NCBI RefSeq assembly: GCF_902652985.1
Contig: NC_047015.1
Location: 36,766,001-36,830,000 of the forward strand
Reading direction: 5' to 3'
Length of the DNA stretch: 64,000 nt
Source of the DNA: Pecten maximus
Taxonomy: Eukaryota
The position numbers and the translations under genes are program-made. Shown here piece by piece: positions 1 through 12,247 of the stretch (the stretch's first letter is position 1; each line of letters starts with the position of its first letter). The notes beneath the pieces are model-generated. The model did no database searches and was not told where the DNA came from. It saw nothing but the letters and a program-made list of their open reading frames with translations.

Positions 1-40
1 ATAGCTGGATCATATTATGTACATGTTTGGATCACTCTTT

Positions 41-1163
41 ATAGGTATGACAGGAAAAGGGTAACCCTTAATATGTAGGTATGTCAGAAAAATGATAACC
101 CTTATCTAGGTATGTCAGATAAATGGTAACCCTTATGTAAGTATGACAGGAAAAGAGTAACCCTTATGTAGGTATGACAGGAAAAGGTAACTCTTATCTA
201 GGTATGTCAGAAAAATGGTAACCCTTATGTAAGTATGACAGGAAAAGAGTAACCTTTATGTAGGTATGACAGGAAAAGGGTAACCCTTATGTAGGTATGA
301 CAGGAAAAGAGTAACCCTTATGTAGGTATGACAGGAAAAGGGTAACCCTTATGTAGGTATGACAGGAAAATGGTTACCCTTATGTAGGTATGACAGGAAA
401 AGGGTAACCCTTATGTATATATAGGTATGACAGGAAAATGGTAACCCTTATGTATATATAGGTATATGACAGGAAAAGGGTAACCCTTATGTAGGTATGA
501 CAGGAAAATGGTAACCCTTATGTAGGTATGACAGGAAAAGGGTAACCCTTATGTATATATAGGTATGACAGGAAAAGGGTAACCCTTATATAGGTATGAC
601 AGGAAAATGGTTACCCTTATGTAGGTATGACAGGAAAAGGGTAACCCTTATGTAGGTATGACAGGAAAAGGGTAACCCTTATGTAGGTATGACAGGAAAA
701 GAGTAACCCTTATTTAGGTATGACAGGAAAAGGGTAACCCTTATGTAGGTATGACAGGAAAAGGGTAACCCTTATGTATATATAGGTATGACAGGAAAAT
801 GATAACTTTTATGTATATATAGGTATGACAGGAAAAGGGTAACCCTTATGTAGGTATGACAGGAAAAGGGTAACCCTTATGTAGGTATGACAGGAAAAGG
901 GTAACCCTTATGTATATATAGGTATGACAGGAAAAGGGTAACCCTTATGTAGGTATGACAAGAAAATGGTTACCCTTATGTATATATAGGTATGACAGGA
1001 AAAAGGTAACCCTTATGTAGGTATGACAGGAAAAGGGTAACCCTTATGTATATATAGGTATGACAGGAAAAGGGTAACCCTTATGTAGGTATGACAGGAA
1101 AAGGGTAACCCTTATGTATATATAGGTACATGTATGACAGGGAAAGGGTAACCCTTATGTAGG
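41..1163. repeat. 31-bp minisatellite TAGGTATGACAGGAAAAGGGTAACCCTTATG (39-bp TA-expanded variants)
   Basis: direct reading; internal palindrome AAGGGTAACCCTT. Confidence 0.95.
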
Positions 1164-1922
1164 TTGAGCAGAAAATGTCAGCAGAATTATCATATTAAGA
1201 TTAATATACAGGATTTACAATGTTTCATATCAATTCATAAAAGACTTCATCATTTGGTTTTGACAAGCCATATTGTCTGTGTTGGAATTGGTTGTCTACA
1301 ATTTAAGGAACATTCCGGGGGTATATTGGAATTGTTGGTCTAACTGAACAAAATCAATGTGAGGCTGGCAGGGATTTCTACAGTAGTGATACAGAGGTTC
1401 TGACTCACCCTTCCAATCAGCTCCCTGTCCACAGATGTCTCTGCCTGGCTACACCCTTGGAATGCATGACAAATAGTTCTGCACAACAACTTTGACAAAA
1501 ATAAATTCAGAACTTTATTATGGCATTTTCATTTTTTCTTCTTCAATTTCAATTTCAACCAATTTCATTGCAAATGCAAAAGGATGGGGCATCAGGCAAA
1601 GTCTATCTAAGCCTTCTCAGTAATAACATGGACAGTTATGATTGTTACAAAATGTTAAAGTAGAGAGTACAAGCCCACCTTACTAGCTCAGACTAGTGGG
1701 AATTTCCCCTTAGCCTAGTGGTAAGGTGTTTGCCTTGAGAGTGATAGGTGGTTAGTTAGAGCCCCAGCACAGACAGGGTATCCTACACATATACTGATGG
1801 TCATAAGAGCAGGTTCGACCATTGCTGTTTATTTTTAAAAGTTTTCCATTCTGTTTGATAACTTGCACATGTACTGAATGTGATATGATATTATACATAT
1901 AAATATATATATTTATGTGCAA

Positions 1923-2108
1923 GGGGCTGCGATGGCCAAGTGGATAAGGTGTCACGACCAGTTCGAAACCTTCATGGGGCAGTTGCCAGGTACTGACCAT
2001 AGGCCGGTGGTTTTTCTCCGGATACTGCGGCTTTCCTCCACCTCTAAAACCTGGCACATCTTTAAATGACCCTGGCTGTTAATAGGACGTTAAACAAAAA
2101 CAAACCAA
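1923..2108 (+). mobile_element. tRNA-derived SINE with V-SINE-like core (bivalve type)
   Basis: A box TGGCCAAGTGG, B box GTTCGAAACC, core GGTGGTTTTTCTCCGGATACTGCGGCTTTCCTCCACC, tail GGACGTTAAAC plus A-rich end. Confidence 0.8.
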
Positions 2109-2321
2109 TACAACCATATACACTGTATGTGCAAAAATCAAGTGACTTTTGGTGTTCAAAATCAGCTGGTTGGTATGATAATCTTGTAACCTGTCTATAG
2201 TGACTGTCTTCAGACAGGTTTGACTGTATCCTGGGTTATAATACAGAGTTACTATAGCTTTGTACCTCTTAACTCTGATTGAATGTATTATTCCTCCAGT
2301 GGGTTGATTTCCCCCAATGAC

Positions 2322-2920
2322 CTACCCACCTAGAATTTAGTTGTAAATGAGCCAGTTTGAGGTGACCTGTCCTGGTTTCAGCTGAACCTGTCCACCTATA
2401 ATTTAGTTATAAATGAGCCAGTTTGAGGTGACCTGTCCTGGTTTCAGCTGAACCTACCCACCTATAATCTAGTTGTACATGAGCCAGTTTGAGGTGACCT
2501 GCCCTGGTTTCAGCTGAACCTACCCACCTATAATTTAGTTGTAAATGAGCCAGTTTGAGGTGACCTGTCCTGGTTTCAGCTGAACCTGTCCACCTATAAT
2601 TTAGTTATAAATGAGCCAGTTTGAGGTGACCTGTCCTGGTTTCAGCTGAACCTACCCACCTATAATCTAGTTGTACATGAGCCAGTTTGAGGTGACCTGC
2701 CCTGGTTTCAGCTGAACCTGTCCACCTATAATTTAGTTGTAAATGAGCCAGTTTGAGGTGACCTGTCCTGGTTTCAGCTGAACTTGTCCACCTATAATTT
2801 AGTTATAAATGAGCCAGTTTGAGGTGACCTGTCCTGGTTTCAGCTGAACCTACCCACCTATAATCTAGTTGTACATGAGCCAGTTTGAGGTGACCTGCCC
2901 TGGTTTCAGCTGAACCTGCC
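2322..2920. repeat. 66-bp minisatellite, 9 copies arranged as a 3x198-bp higher-order repeat
   Basis: variants GTAAAT/ATAAAT/GTACAT cycle three times. Confidence 0.95.
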
Positions 2921-3819
2921 CTTGGTCAGAGTGTATAAACTTGGCCCTTTATTGTGATCATAGTGTCCTGTGCTGAATTGCTACCTCCCAGCATCATGGT
3001 TTAAATTGGTAGCCCACCATAGTTATAGAATGTGCAACAAAAACAGGGAGTGTACTGGAATTATGTGTCTGTCAGTCTGTTGGTTGACACAGCTTTGTAC
3101 TGACTATACTCCTCCCAGGATTATGCATGGATTTCAACAACACTTTCCACACACATGTTCCTGTGTCTCCCTGAATGCCATCCATTTTTACTGGAGTTAT
3201 GGCCATAACATGCTATGGTCCTTGATGCCATTAAGTGAAACAGTCCTTATGGTAATAGTTATCTTGGAAACAGTTAGTATTTTGTATAGTACATTGGAGT
3301 ATTATTGTAGGCATGGATGTAACTCACATTTCTGACAAACTTCAGAGGTCATAGGGTCAAAGATTAATGGTCATGGATGCATTACACTACTAGCTACTAG
3401 GTGAAACAGACATTGTTCAAAACTAATCAATTGATGCCTATCATTTTAGACATCAGAGCCATTGCTATGGAAACATAATGGAGCCTTCTGATTGGCCAAC
3501 ATTGACATATTATCCAATTAAGCTTAAAATTTGTATACAATGTGTATAAGAGTTTTGAAGGATAGTAAATACAATGGTTCTATTTTCCAAAACATTATAT
3601 AGATGTCATTTGGCTGTCATGGTAACCAAAAGCATCCCTCTGATGAGACATATATTGTCTGGACTACCAAACATGTGTTAAGTCAGGTGCTACATGTATA
3701 TTCCAAAACAATAGGTGCCATTTATATTGTATTAATTAATTGTCATGGTTAAATGATGGGTAATGGGAGTAGTAGTTATCCATTATAAGTCTAAATTGAT
3801 TTAACCACCTTATTGGTTT

Positions 3820-5060
3820 AAATTGGTACCCCCACAAAGGATTGAATTGGTACCCCCACAAAGGATTGAATTGGTACCCCCACAAAGGATTGAATTGGTA
3901 CCCCCACAAAGGATTGAATTGGTACCCCCACAAAGGATTGAATTGGTACCCCCACAAAGGATTGAATTGGTACCCCCACAAAGGATTGAATTGGTACCCC
4001 CACAAAGGATTGAATTGGTACCCCCACCAAGGATTAAATTGGTACCCCCACAAAGGATTGAATTGGTACCCCCACAAAGGATTGAATTGGTACCCCCACA
4101 AAGGATTGAATTGGTACCCCCACCAAGGATTAAATTGGTACCCCCACAAAGGATTGAATTGGTACCCCCACCAAGGATTGAATTGGTACCCCCACCAAGG
4201 ATTAAATTGGTACCCCCACAAAGGATTGAATTGGTACCCCCACCAAGGATTGAATTGGTATCCCTAGCATAATTTGAATTTTTATCCCCACCCCACCAAG
4301 GATTGAATTGGTATCTCTACCATAGTTTGAATTGGTACCCCCACAAAGGATTGAATTGGTACCCCCACCAAGGATTAAATTGGTACCCCCACAAAGGATT
4401 GAATTGGTACCCCCACAAAGGATTGAATTGGTACCCCCACCAAGGATTAAATTGGTACCCCCACAAAGGATTGAATTGGTACCCCAACAAAGGATTGAAT
4501 TGGTACCCCCACCAAGGATTAAATTGGTACCCCCACAAAGGATTGAATTGGTACCCCCACCAAGGATTGAATTGGTATCCCTAGCATAATTTGAATTTTT
4601 ATCCCCCACCCCACCAAGGATTGAATTGGTATCTCTACCATAGTTTGAATTGGTACCCCCACAAAGGATTGAATTGGTACCCCCACAAAGGATTGAATTG
4701 GTACCCCCACAAAGGATTGAATTGGTACCCCCACCAAGGATTAAATTGGTACCCCCACAAAGGATTGAATTGGTACCCCCACCAAGGATTGAATTGGTAT
4801 CCCTAGCATAATTTGAATTTTTATCCCCACCCCACCAAGGATTGAATTGGTATCTCTACCATAGTTTGAATTGGTACCCCAACCAAGGTTTGAATTGGTA
4901 CCCCTACCAAGGTTTGAATTAGTACCCAAACCAAGGTTTTTCATTTGTATCCCCACTTAGGCTTGAATTTGTATCCCCACTAAGGTTTGAATCGGTACCC
5001 CTACCAAAGTTTGAATTGGTGTCCCTACCAAGGATTGAATTGGTACCCCTTCCAAGGATT
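3820..5060. repeat. 24-bp minisatellite AAGGATTGAATTGGTACCCCCACA with a variant block repeated three times
   Basis: direct reading; block TATCCCTAGCATAATTTGAATTTTTATCCCC at ~4259, ~4576, ~4798. Confidence 0.95.
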
Positions 5061-5565
5061 GACTTGGGTGTCTCCCTACAGTAGTTTAGATTGGTACCTA
5101 TCTTTGAGATTGGTATAAATAAACACTGGATGGAATTGTGTCAATTTATTCTGAATGCTGGACAAAAATCAATGACACGGGGACTTATTGATTGTTGGAG
5201 ACCCCAGTGGTCCCAAGCAAACCTAACCATATCCCTACTCTGTCTGCATTATTCATCCCTACAAAAACCAATAGTGACAAAGTCTGATAATGTTATCACA
5301 CAAGTAGTCCTCTTCTGCCTAATCCTGTTGCCTTACTCTGTGATGTTTAATACCAAATATAGACATCTAACAAATATGATGTGCATTTTCTGAAAAATGA
5401 TGACATATTTTTATTGGTGATGTTTTTGTTTGTTTCGGAGGCTGTTTTGTGTGTACTGAGAATGAGTATTGATCAGCTTTACCCTACAACACAGCAGTTT
5501 CCTTTCCTATTGATTTTTAATGTATGAACACTTGCTGCTGCAGCAGTAGACATTCTCTCATCAGT

Positions 5566-5697
5566 AACCAATCAGAGCCTTGGACACAGTATCTGCAGAG
5601 TGGCTTTGTATTCTGTTCGTCATAATGCCGACATAAGTCTTTAAAAGGATTTTTTGGGAATGAGCGCTGTTTGTGCGCAGGAAGCAGAATGGTAAGT
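5566..5697 (+). promoter_or_regulatory. candidate alternative promoter/first exon ending ATG|GTAAGT
   Basis: AACCAATCAG (CCAAT box) at 5566; ATG 5689-5691 directly before a consensus donor; phase 0 fits exon 18778. Confidence 0.4.
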
Positions 5698-7240
5698 CTC
5701 TATCTGTTTTCTGATGATGTTTTTCCTCGTTTTGACAGTAAAATGGTCGTCATGAAGCGACCTGGAACATGAAATTGTGGAACACAACCAACACTTGTTG
5801 TACGGATGTCAGGAAGAGTTGACCTGATGTCTGCTCATTACATATGCAGGTGGAGATGGTCCTTGCACAAGACCGGACTTTTTCTCCAAGTTAAATATTG
5901 CTTTTGTACAGAAAATAATCAAACATTGAGCAATTTTTTCTAACCAAATTGACTGTTAGAATTAATCTGGGGATATTTTTTCAGTAACAGCTTTTGCATG
6001 GTAGTCTTTCTACATTTCCGTACATATTTCGAAAAATCAATATCAGTTAGTATGCTTGCATACCAAATGTGAACTGAGGGTTAGCTGGAGGAATAAAGGC
6101 ACACGGTCTGTAGTTGTATGACTGTTTGGTTGGTGTTATTGTTGTTTAGTAAATACAATGACATTTAACTACAACAGCTGGGGACAGACAGCTTTAAATG
6201 CCCATGTATACATAGGATGAGAGGCCATTTTGATAGTTCTTGTGAAGAGATCACCAACCAATCATGTTTATTATCATGTTCTGTGATACATATCGTGTTC
6301 TGTGATACATATCATGTTCTGTGATACATATCGTTTGCCCCAGGTCAGACATTTGATGTATCTACAATGTAATGTGAGATATTTAAAATGGAAGGGTTTT
6401 TATAGATAAAGTGGAAGAAAAAGAAATCAATAAATATTTACTATCAAGCAATTATTAGTTTGATGGAAGAAAGAACAATTTGAATTTCAGGTGAAGGATA
6501 ATCTGGTATGTGAACATAGTATATCTGTGTTGTGGTACATACATTCACCTTGAGTTTGATGTAACCTTGACCTTGATATGAAATCAAAATTGACAAAATA
6601 CATAAATATCTCATTGTTCGACCCTGAAAATATAAGGCTTTTTAAAATAAAAATAGTTAGTCTTAAAATAATTTCTTAATGTAACATAGCTTGATTCTGA
6701 ATTATCTGTGTAGATATCATCAGAATGAATAATTTATTGTCAATTTTGTTTCATTGCTCTAGAATAGATAAACCAACATAGATCGGCTATGCATGATTTT
6801 GCTTTTTAACACAAAATTTTCCGTAATGCAGTGGCGTTCTTTAGAAATTTTTTAATGGTCCATCCATAATACTTACTTCCAGTCTCCATTCTGTAGGTCA
6901 GGGAAAAGTGTCTCAATATGTTAAGGCTGCATGTACATGTAGTTAACATTTAGCTAGTATGATCGATACCGGGCAATTAATGAGCTTTGTGTCTTACCAT
7001 TAGATATCTGGCAATCAAGATATGTGAAGCTGTCCCTTGACATTATCTGGTTTGTGAAGGCTGATAGCAATAGTAACTGGTATATTACCCATAGTCCCAA
7101 TCCAACTACCCTATCATACAACCATCTATCACATATTTGAACTCTACATTATGTTAGACTGTCAAACTTCCCATCTTATATGTGAATCATACTGCCATGA
7201 GAAAGTCTCAACTGTTGGTGTTTGTGTTACATCCAGTTAT

Positions 7241-7490
7241 GATATGTGAAATATTTAGTTTCCATCTGATATGTGAAGCATTTAAAGCTAATTCCCATAT
7301 GATATGTGAAGCATTCAGCTCCCATCTGGTATGTGAAGCATTTAGTTATTTAATTCCCATCTAACATGTGAAGCATTCAGCTCCCACCTGATATGTGAAG
7401 CATTAATTTTCCATTTGGTATGTGGAGCATTTATTTAATTCCCATCTGACATGTGAAGCATTCAGTTACGGTCTGATATGTGAAGCATTT
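7241..7490. repeat. degenerate ~28-33-bp tandem repeat (ATGTGAAGCATT...CCCATCTG)
   Basis: direct reading. Confidence 0.85.
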
Positions 7491-8082
7491 TGTATGTACA
7501 CAGAAGTCTGACTCATGGCAGGATAAGACAATATTGTGTAACAAAGATCAAATACTGCTTGTGCCAATTCTAATTTACTAGCATATCGACAACTTGTATT
7601 TTGTAACCCTCTTCTCCCTCCCTCTCTTCCCCACAGTAAAATCCGGTAAATACGGATGTTTGTGACTAATGTGTGTACTGTACAAGGTCCCTACAGTGCT
7701 GTCTTGATGTAATCACTCAGCATTGATCTGGCCGAAGGATGAATCACCACTAGTGTTGACTATCACTAGTGAATGCAGATTTCCAATATGCCATGTAAAT
7801 CTCATTTCATAGGCGTCAAAACTCAATTAAAGAATTCTGATTAATTTCTTTTCAATCTTTCATAATATTTGTTCATTGGTGTGAATGATTTCATTGATCT
7901 GAACATGTGACACGTCTGGAAAAGCTGTGATGAGACTGACAAGACTTTACATCTCTTAATTAATCTGGGGGGAAGTTTAAGGCGAAGAAAAAAATAACGA
8001 TTATTGTCAAGGGTGTAACCATGAGAAATTTGATATCCTTACTACTGATGTGTATTCCCTGATCCTTGATTCATTCTTTAGT

Positions 8083-8085
8083 TGG

Positions 8086-8121
<36 letters not shown>

Positions 8122-8126
8122 GGGGG
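8083..8126. repeat. poly-G tract (~30 G)
   Basis: direct reading. Confidence 0.9.
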
Positions 8127-9034
8127 TTGTCACCTAAAGATATTGGTATATCAGTGAGAGGGGAATTCCCACAACCAAACCTGGTGACCTGTTATCAGTA
8201 TATAGTTCTGTTACAATACTATAGACATTTTCCTGTGTGTGGTAATCACTGTTGACAGTGTACAGTATCTTGCCATTTACATGTATGTGTCTATATTGAT
8301 CCCCAACATCAGGCTCCATGAGTGTGAACTCTTCATTATGTTTGTGTACATTGCACCTGACCCCCTCTTCCCTCTCTCCTCCCCTCACACTGATGAGAAT
8401 TATTGATGGTGACTCACCTGTCTGGACTTATTACCTGGGGAGACCTGCCATCTGACTTATTACCTGGGGAGACCTGCCATCTGTCGTCAAACAAAGAGCT
8501 AGTAAACCAAGTCATTCATGTCTGTGAAACTGGTATTGATCCTCTAGTAATGAGTAGCAGGTAAAGTGGTGTTGTTATGACTCGCTCCATAAAATAAATG
8601 CTTTTCTATACAGGTCAATATAACCCATCTTGATCCATCAAGGACTATTCGTTCTTATGATGAAAAAGATAGAGTTGCATTTAATTTTTCCATGAATGTT
8701 TTAATTTTAGAATAACTTTAACCAGTTTTTATCAACAAATTGAATTAAATTAAATTAATTAGCCTGTCATCATATTTGAATTAAAAAAGGAAAATTACTA
8801 GTTGTTACTTGTTGATAAAAATTAATATCTTCAATGAAAAAATAAAGAAAATTTCATTGTAATTTTACCAATCTTAGATGACTCTTATATCAAATGAATT
8901 GTTGTGCTGTTGTTAAATTTGATCAATTTTCATAATATTAACTCTCCGGTAGCTTTAATCAATTTCTGCCAACATATGATGGTGTAACATCCTGCTAATT
9001 ATATTTTATTAAACCATGCAAGCTGTCAACATCG

Positions 9035-9260
9035 TTTAGTAGAAATGTAAGTCATCAACAGCATTTAGTAGAAATGTAATGTAAGTCATCAACAGCATTT
9101 AGTAGAAATGTAAGTCATCAACAGCATTTAGTAGAAATGTAATGTAAGTCATCGACAGCATTTAGTAGAAATGTAAGTCATCGACAGCATTTAGTAGAAA
9201 TGTAAGTCGTCAACAGCATTAAGTAGAAATGTAATGTAAATCGTATACAGCATTTAGTAG
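9035..9260. repeat. 29/34-bp tandem repeat TTTAGTAGAAATGTAA(TGTAA)GTCATCAACAGCA
   Basis: direct reading. Confidence 0.9.
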
Positions 9261-9376
9261 ATCAAATATGTAGCTAATTAGCAAAACATAGAATATAGGA
9301 TACAGATTGTGACCTGAATTTCCAGATCTGGCCCACAGATACAGATTATTGCCTGGATTTCCAGCTCTGGCCCACA

Positions 9377-9981
9377 AGTTCAAGTTCAAGTTCTTTATTA
9401 CTTTAAACCACATGGTTTATCAGTATATAAATTACATGTACAACAAGTCCTCACAATCCTCACAAATTCTCACAACACCCACACTGATCCACACATACCC
9501 ACCCACTCACATTGATCCACATACAAACTCACACACACACACCAATCCACACATGTACACTACAGCACATACACACCTATACCCACACACTCACACTGAT
9601 CCACACACATGAACACCGGTCGGTTACATCTAGAATAGTGTAGAGGAATATCTCTCACACTTCAATAATTAAGTACATTGTTTTCACAAATTACAAATTC
9701 TGCCATGGAAATTACAGAAGTACATAGGGGATTACAAACATGTTGTAGTTATATATTCTAGACATTTATATATTAATTACATATATATTAGGAAATTTCT
9801 CAATTCTAAGTGATTTCGAAAATACATACAACACTATTCAATATTCAGCCTAACATTGTAACAGGCGGTCTCGTTTCTTATTACTTAAGGAAATGAATTT
9901 CGCCAAATTGGCCATATCTTTTATGTTATCAGTGCACAATAGTTTTATAAATTTATACATGTTTGGTCTGGTAAAATAATA
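9377..9981 (-). mobile_element. 5'-truncated CR1/L2-type LINE (ORF2 C-terminus, 3'UTR and (GAACTT)n tail)
   Basis: - strand 9981-9850 encodes YYFTRPNMYKFIKLLCTDNIKDMANLAKFISLSNKKRDRLLQC*; ends AATAAA(GAACTT)3; interrupts a ~38-bp tandem repeat. Confidence 0.75.
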
Positions 9982-10229
9982 ACAGATAAAGGTTATTGCC
10001 TGGATTTCCAGATCTGGCCCACAGAATTATAACTGGACTTGACAGCAGATAAAGCAAAACAAAACTCATCCGTTGGAAGGAATCAATCAAATTACTGTAC
10101 ACTTGAAATTACGGATTGTAAATTTCTAAAGCAAAGTAACATTATAGATTATTTTGCATAGTGAAACTTTTCCAGTTCCAGATCGTCCATTAAAAGGTCA
10201 TTATGAGATACATTGAAAATTATGCGTCT

Positions 10230-10830
10230 CATTTTATAACGAAAACTTACCCAAAATCAGACAAATAGCATGCTAGAATGAATGGCTTCGGGTTAGTTCA
10301 AATGAATGACCTTGACCTACTATCAAAATGACAGGGGTTTAATGTGTCCTAAACATTGAAATAACTTCTCAATATCCAAGAGGCGACCAAGGGTAATGAC
10401 ATTTGGCCAGTTTGTACAAATTAATGACCTTGACTAACTTTCAATGTCAAAAGCTTTTCAAATGTTTTAAAATATTTAAATGTCTTCTAAATCGGTATGC
10501 TGGGATGAATGTAGACTAGCATGGCCACCAGACCTTAAGTTTTTTTTTAAGAATTCCAAGCCAAATTCTAGAACTAGATTGTCTGCCCCTAGTTTGAAAC
10601 TTAGGAATCAGGCATATTCTAAGGGACCAAAATCATAAAGCTCAATTATTTCTATAATTTTAATATTCTAGAGACAAAGGGCCAGTTTAAGATGAATGAC
10701 TACATAGTTTGCTCAAATGAATCTAATTTCAAGGTCACCTTGGTTAGATGTGTTGAATCTTAGTTAAAACATCATCTGTCTGTATACTTCAGAACTCAGA
10801 TGACTGATAAGGCTCATGGGCCTCTGTTTA
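10230..10830. mobile_element. degenerate non-autonomous repeat of bivalve MITE/HINE type, with internal ~150-bp subrepeats
   Basis: recurring GTTCAAATGAATGACCTTGAC motifs; end AAGGCTCATGGGCCTCTGTT; related sequence at 62200-62450. Confidence 0.45.
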
Positions 10831-12220
10831 TGTAAGCTAATGACAGAGTTTAGAAATTAAGTTTGTAAAGTGAAATTTTTCTTTTGGAAATAACATTGTT
10901 TTATGAATATCATATTATTATGATTTGGCAGAGTTTAATAAACAATGTAAAAAACCTGAAATCATTACGTACTAGATTTTAAGACCTTCACAGATTTGTA
11001 TTAAGATATCTGCAATAAAGTTGTTTAATAAGTGTGCTGAAATCGAAGATGCATGTACTGTATAACATGAATCGTTAGTGCATCATATATATATCTTGTT
11101 GGTACAAACTTTAGTGGTAAGCCCATGGCCATGCAGCACTAGCAGTAATTTAGCAATAATGCATACAATGATATGTGTTGTGTTTGTATCTATGGTTCCA
11201 TAGCAACCACGAAAACAATGAAAGTTTATACACAAAGAATATGATATACAGTATCTTAGTTTTCAACAAAATCCTTCACATATATTTGATAGGTCTAGCT
11301 AGTCCCTGTGGTAGTTGTATAAGATTTGGTCATTTAACCTATGTCCCATTGTTAAGGATGACACTTTCATTGTAATTGGGATGAACCTAATGTCAAGCCC
11401 CTGTGTTTCTGGTATTTTCCCTTGGAATTCCGACATCCTCTACAATATTTGTACCCAGGTCCCTGCGGGTACTACAGAGAATGACACTTGAGTCTGGCAT
11501 CCTGCCCCACCCTGGCTATCTGCCCATCAGATAGCCCAGCAATACAATACATAGGGGACACAGATGGTGCCATTATGGGATTTAGGGGAGGTGTAAGGTT
11601 TAGAGCATCACAGTAGGCAGATCCTTCATCTGATTTCTGAGTCTCCTTGATGTGCTTTGGATGGGTTGGAGGGGGGTAAGGAAGGGGGAGGAGTTAACGG
11701 TAGGGAGGGGGTGAAGGGGAAATGCCTGATGCTATTTTTATGGGTACATTCTAGCACATACAAGATTACTCACTACACATATGTAGTAGCATGGCTGCCT
11801 AAGAACACAAACACTACAGCTCACAAGCATTTTCGTATACATGGTACAGTAGTACAGAAGCTCAATTACCTAGGCGACCCATCTTTTTATTCTGTCAGGG
11901 AGCCAGCCATCTTGTCCAAAGAAGTCACCCACAGGCATATTTATTACCTCAGGGGCCTGTACTATTTATTTATTCCTGAGCTGTTTTGTAAATGGTGTGT
12001 GCTGTAAAAACACCAGGGAGGCCAAGAAGCATCTGGGTGTGAACTGTCCACCCCAAATTCTGTACTAGTATTACTCTGAATAGTACACTAGTAATAGACC
12101 AGCCAAATGGTGCCTGTATTGGAATTTACGGCAACATTTTACTGAACTTACATTAGATTTATATTGTTGGATTTTATCAACACCAAAAGCTTGTGATTGC
12201 CCCCAGCTGGTACTAACACG

Positions 12221-12247
12221 ATGCTCAAGAAATGGAGAATGTCCTGG
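12221..12247 (+). CDS. ank2: candidate alternative first coding exon MLKKWRMSW
   Basis: acgATG...TGG|gtaagt; phase 0 fits exon 18778. Confidence 0.45.

Noticed and set aside
1706-1760. tRNA-like A box (TAGCCTAGTGGTAAGG)
   Set aside because: No B box or cloverleaf; at most a decayed SINE head
3640-3665. CTGATGA followed by hairpin GACA-TATAT-TGTC resembling a hammerhead
   Set aside because: No GAAA after stem II
3736-4956. Many repetitive ORFs (WGYQFNP, ELVPPQRI)
   Set aside because: 24-bp satellite
7637-7645. Strong pyrimidine tract and CAG followed by 9 nt (TAAAATCCG) and GTAAAT
   Set aside because: Gives an immediate stop in phase 0 and no coherent frame with neighbours; could be a UTR exon but is unsupported
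8083-8126. Long poly-G as a functional G-quadruplex
   Set aside because: Homopolymer length is unreliable in assemblies and no supporting context
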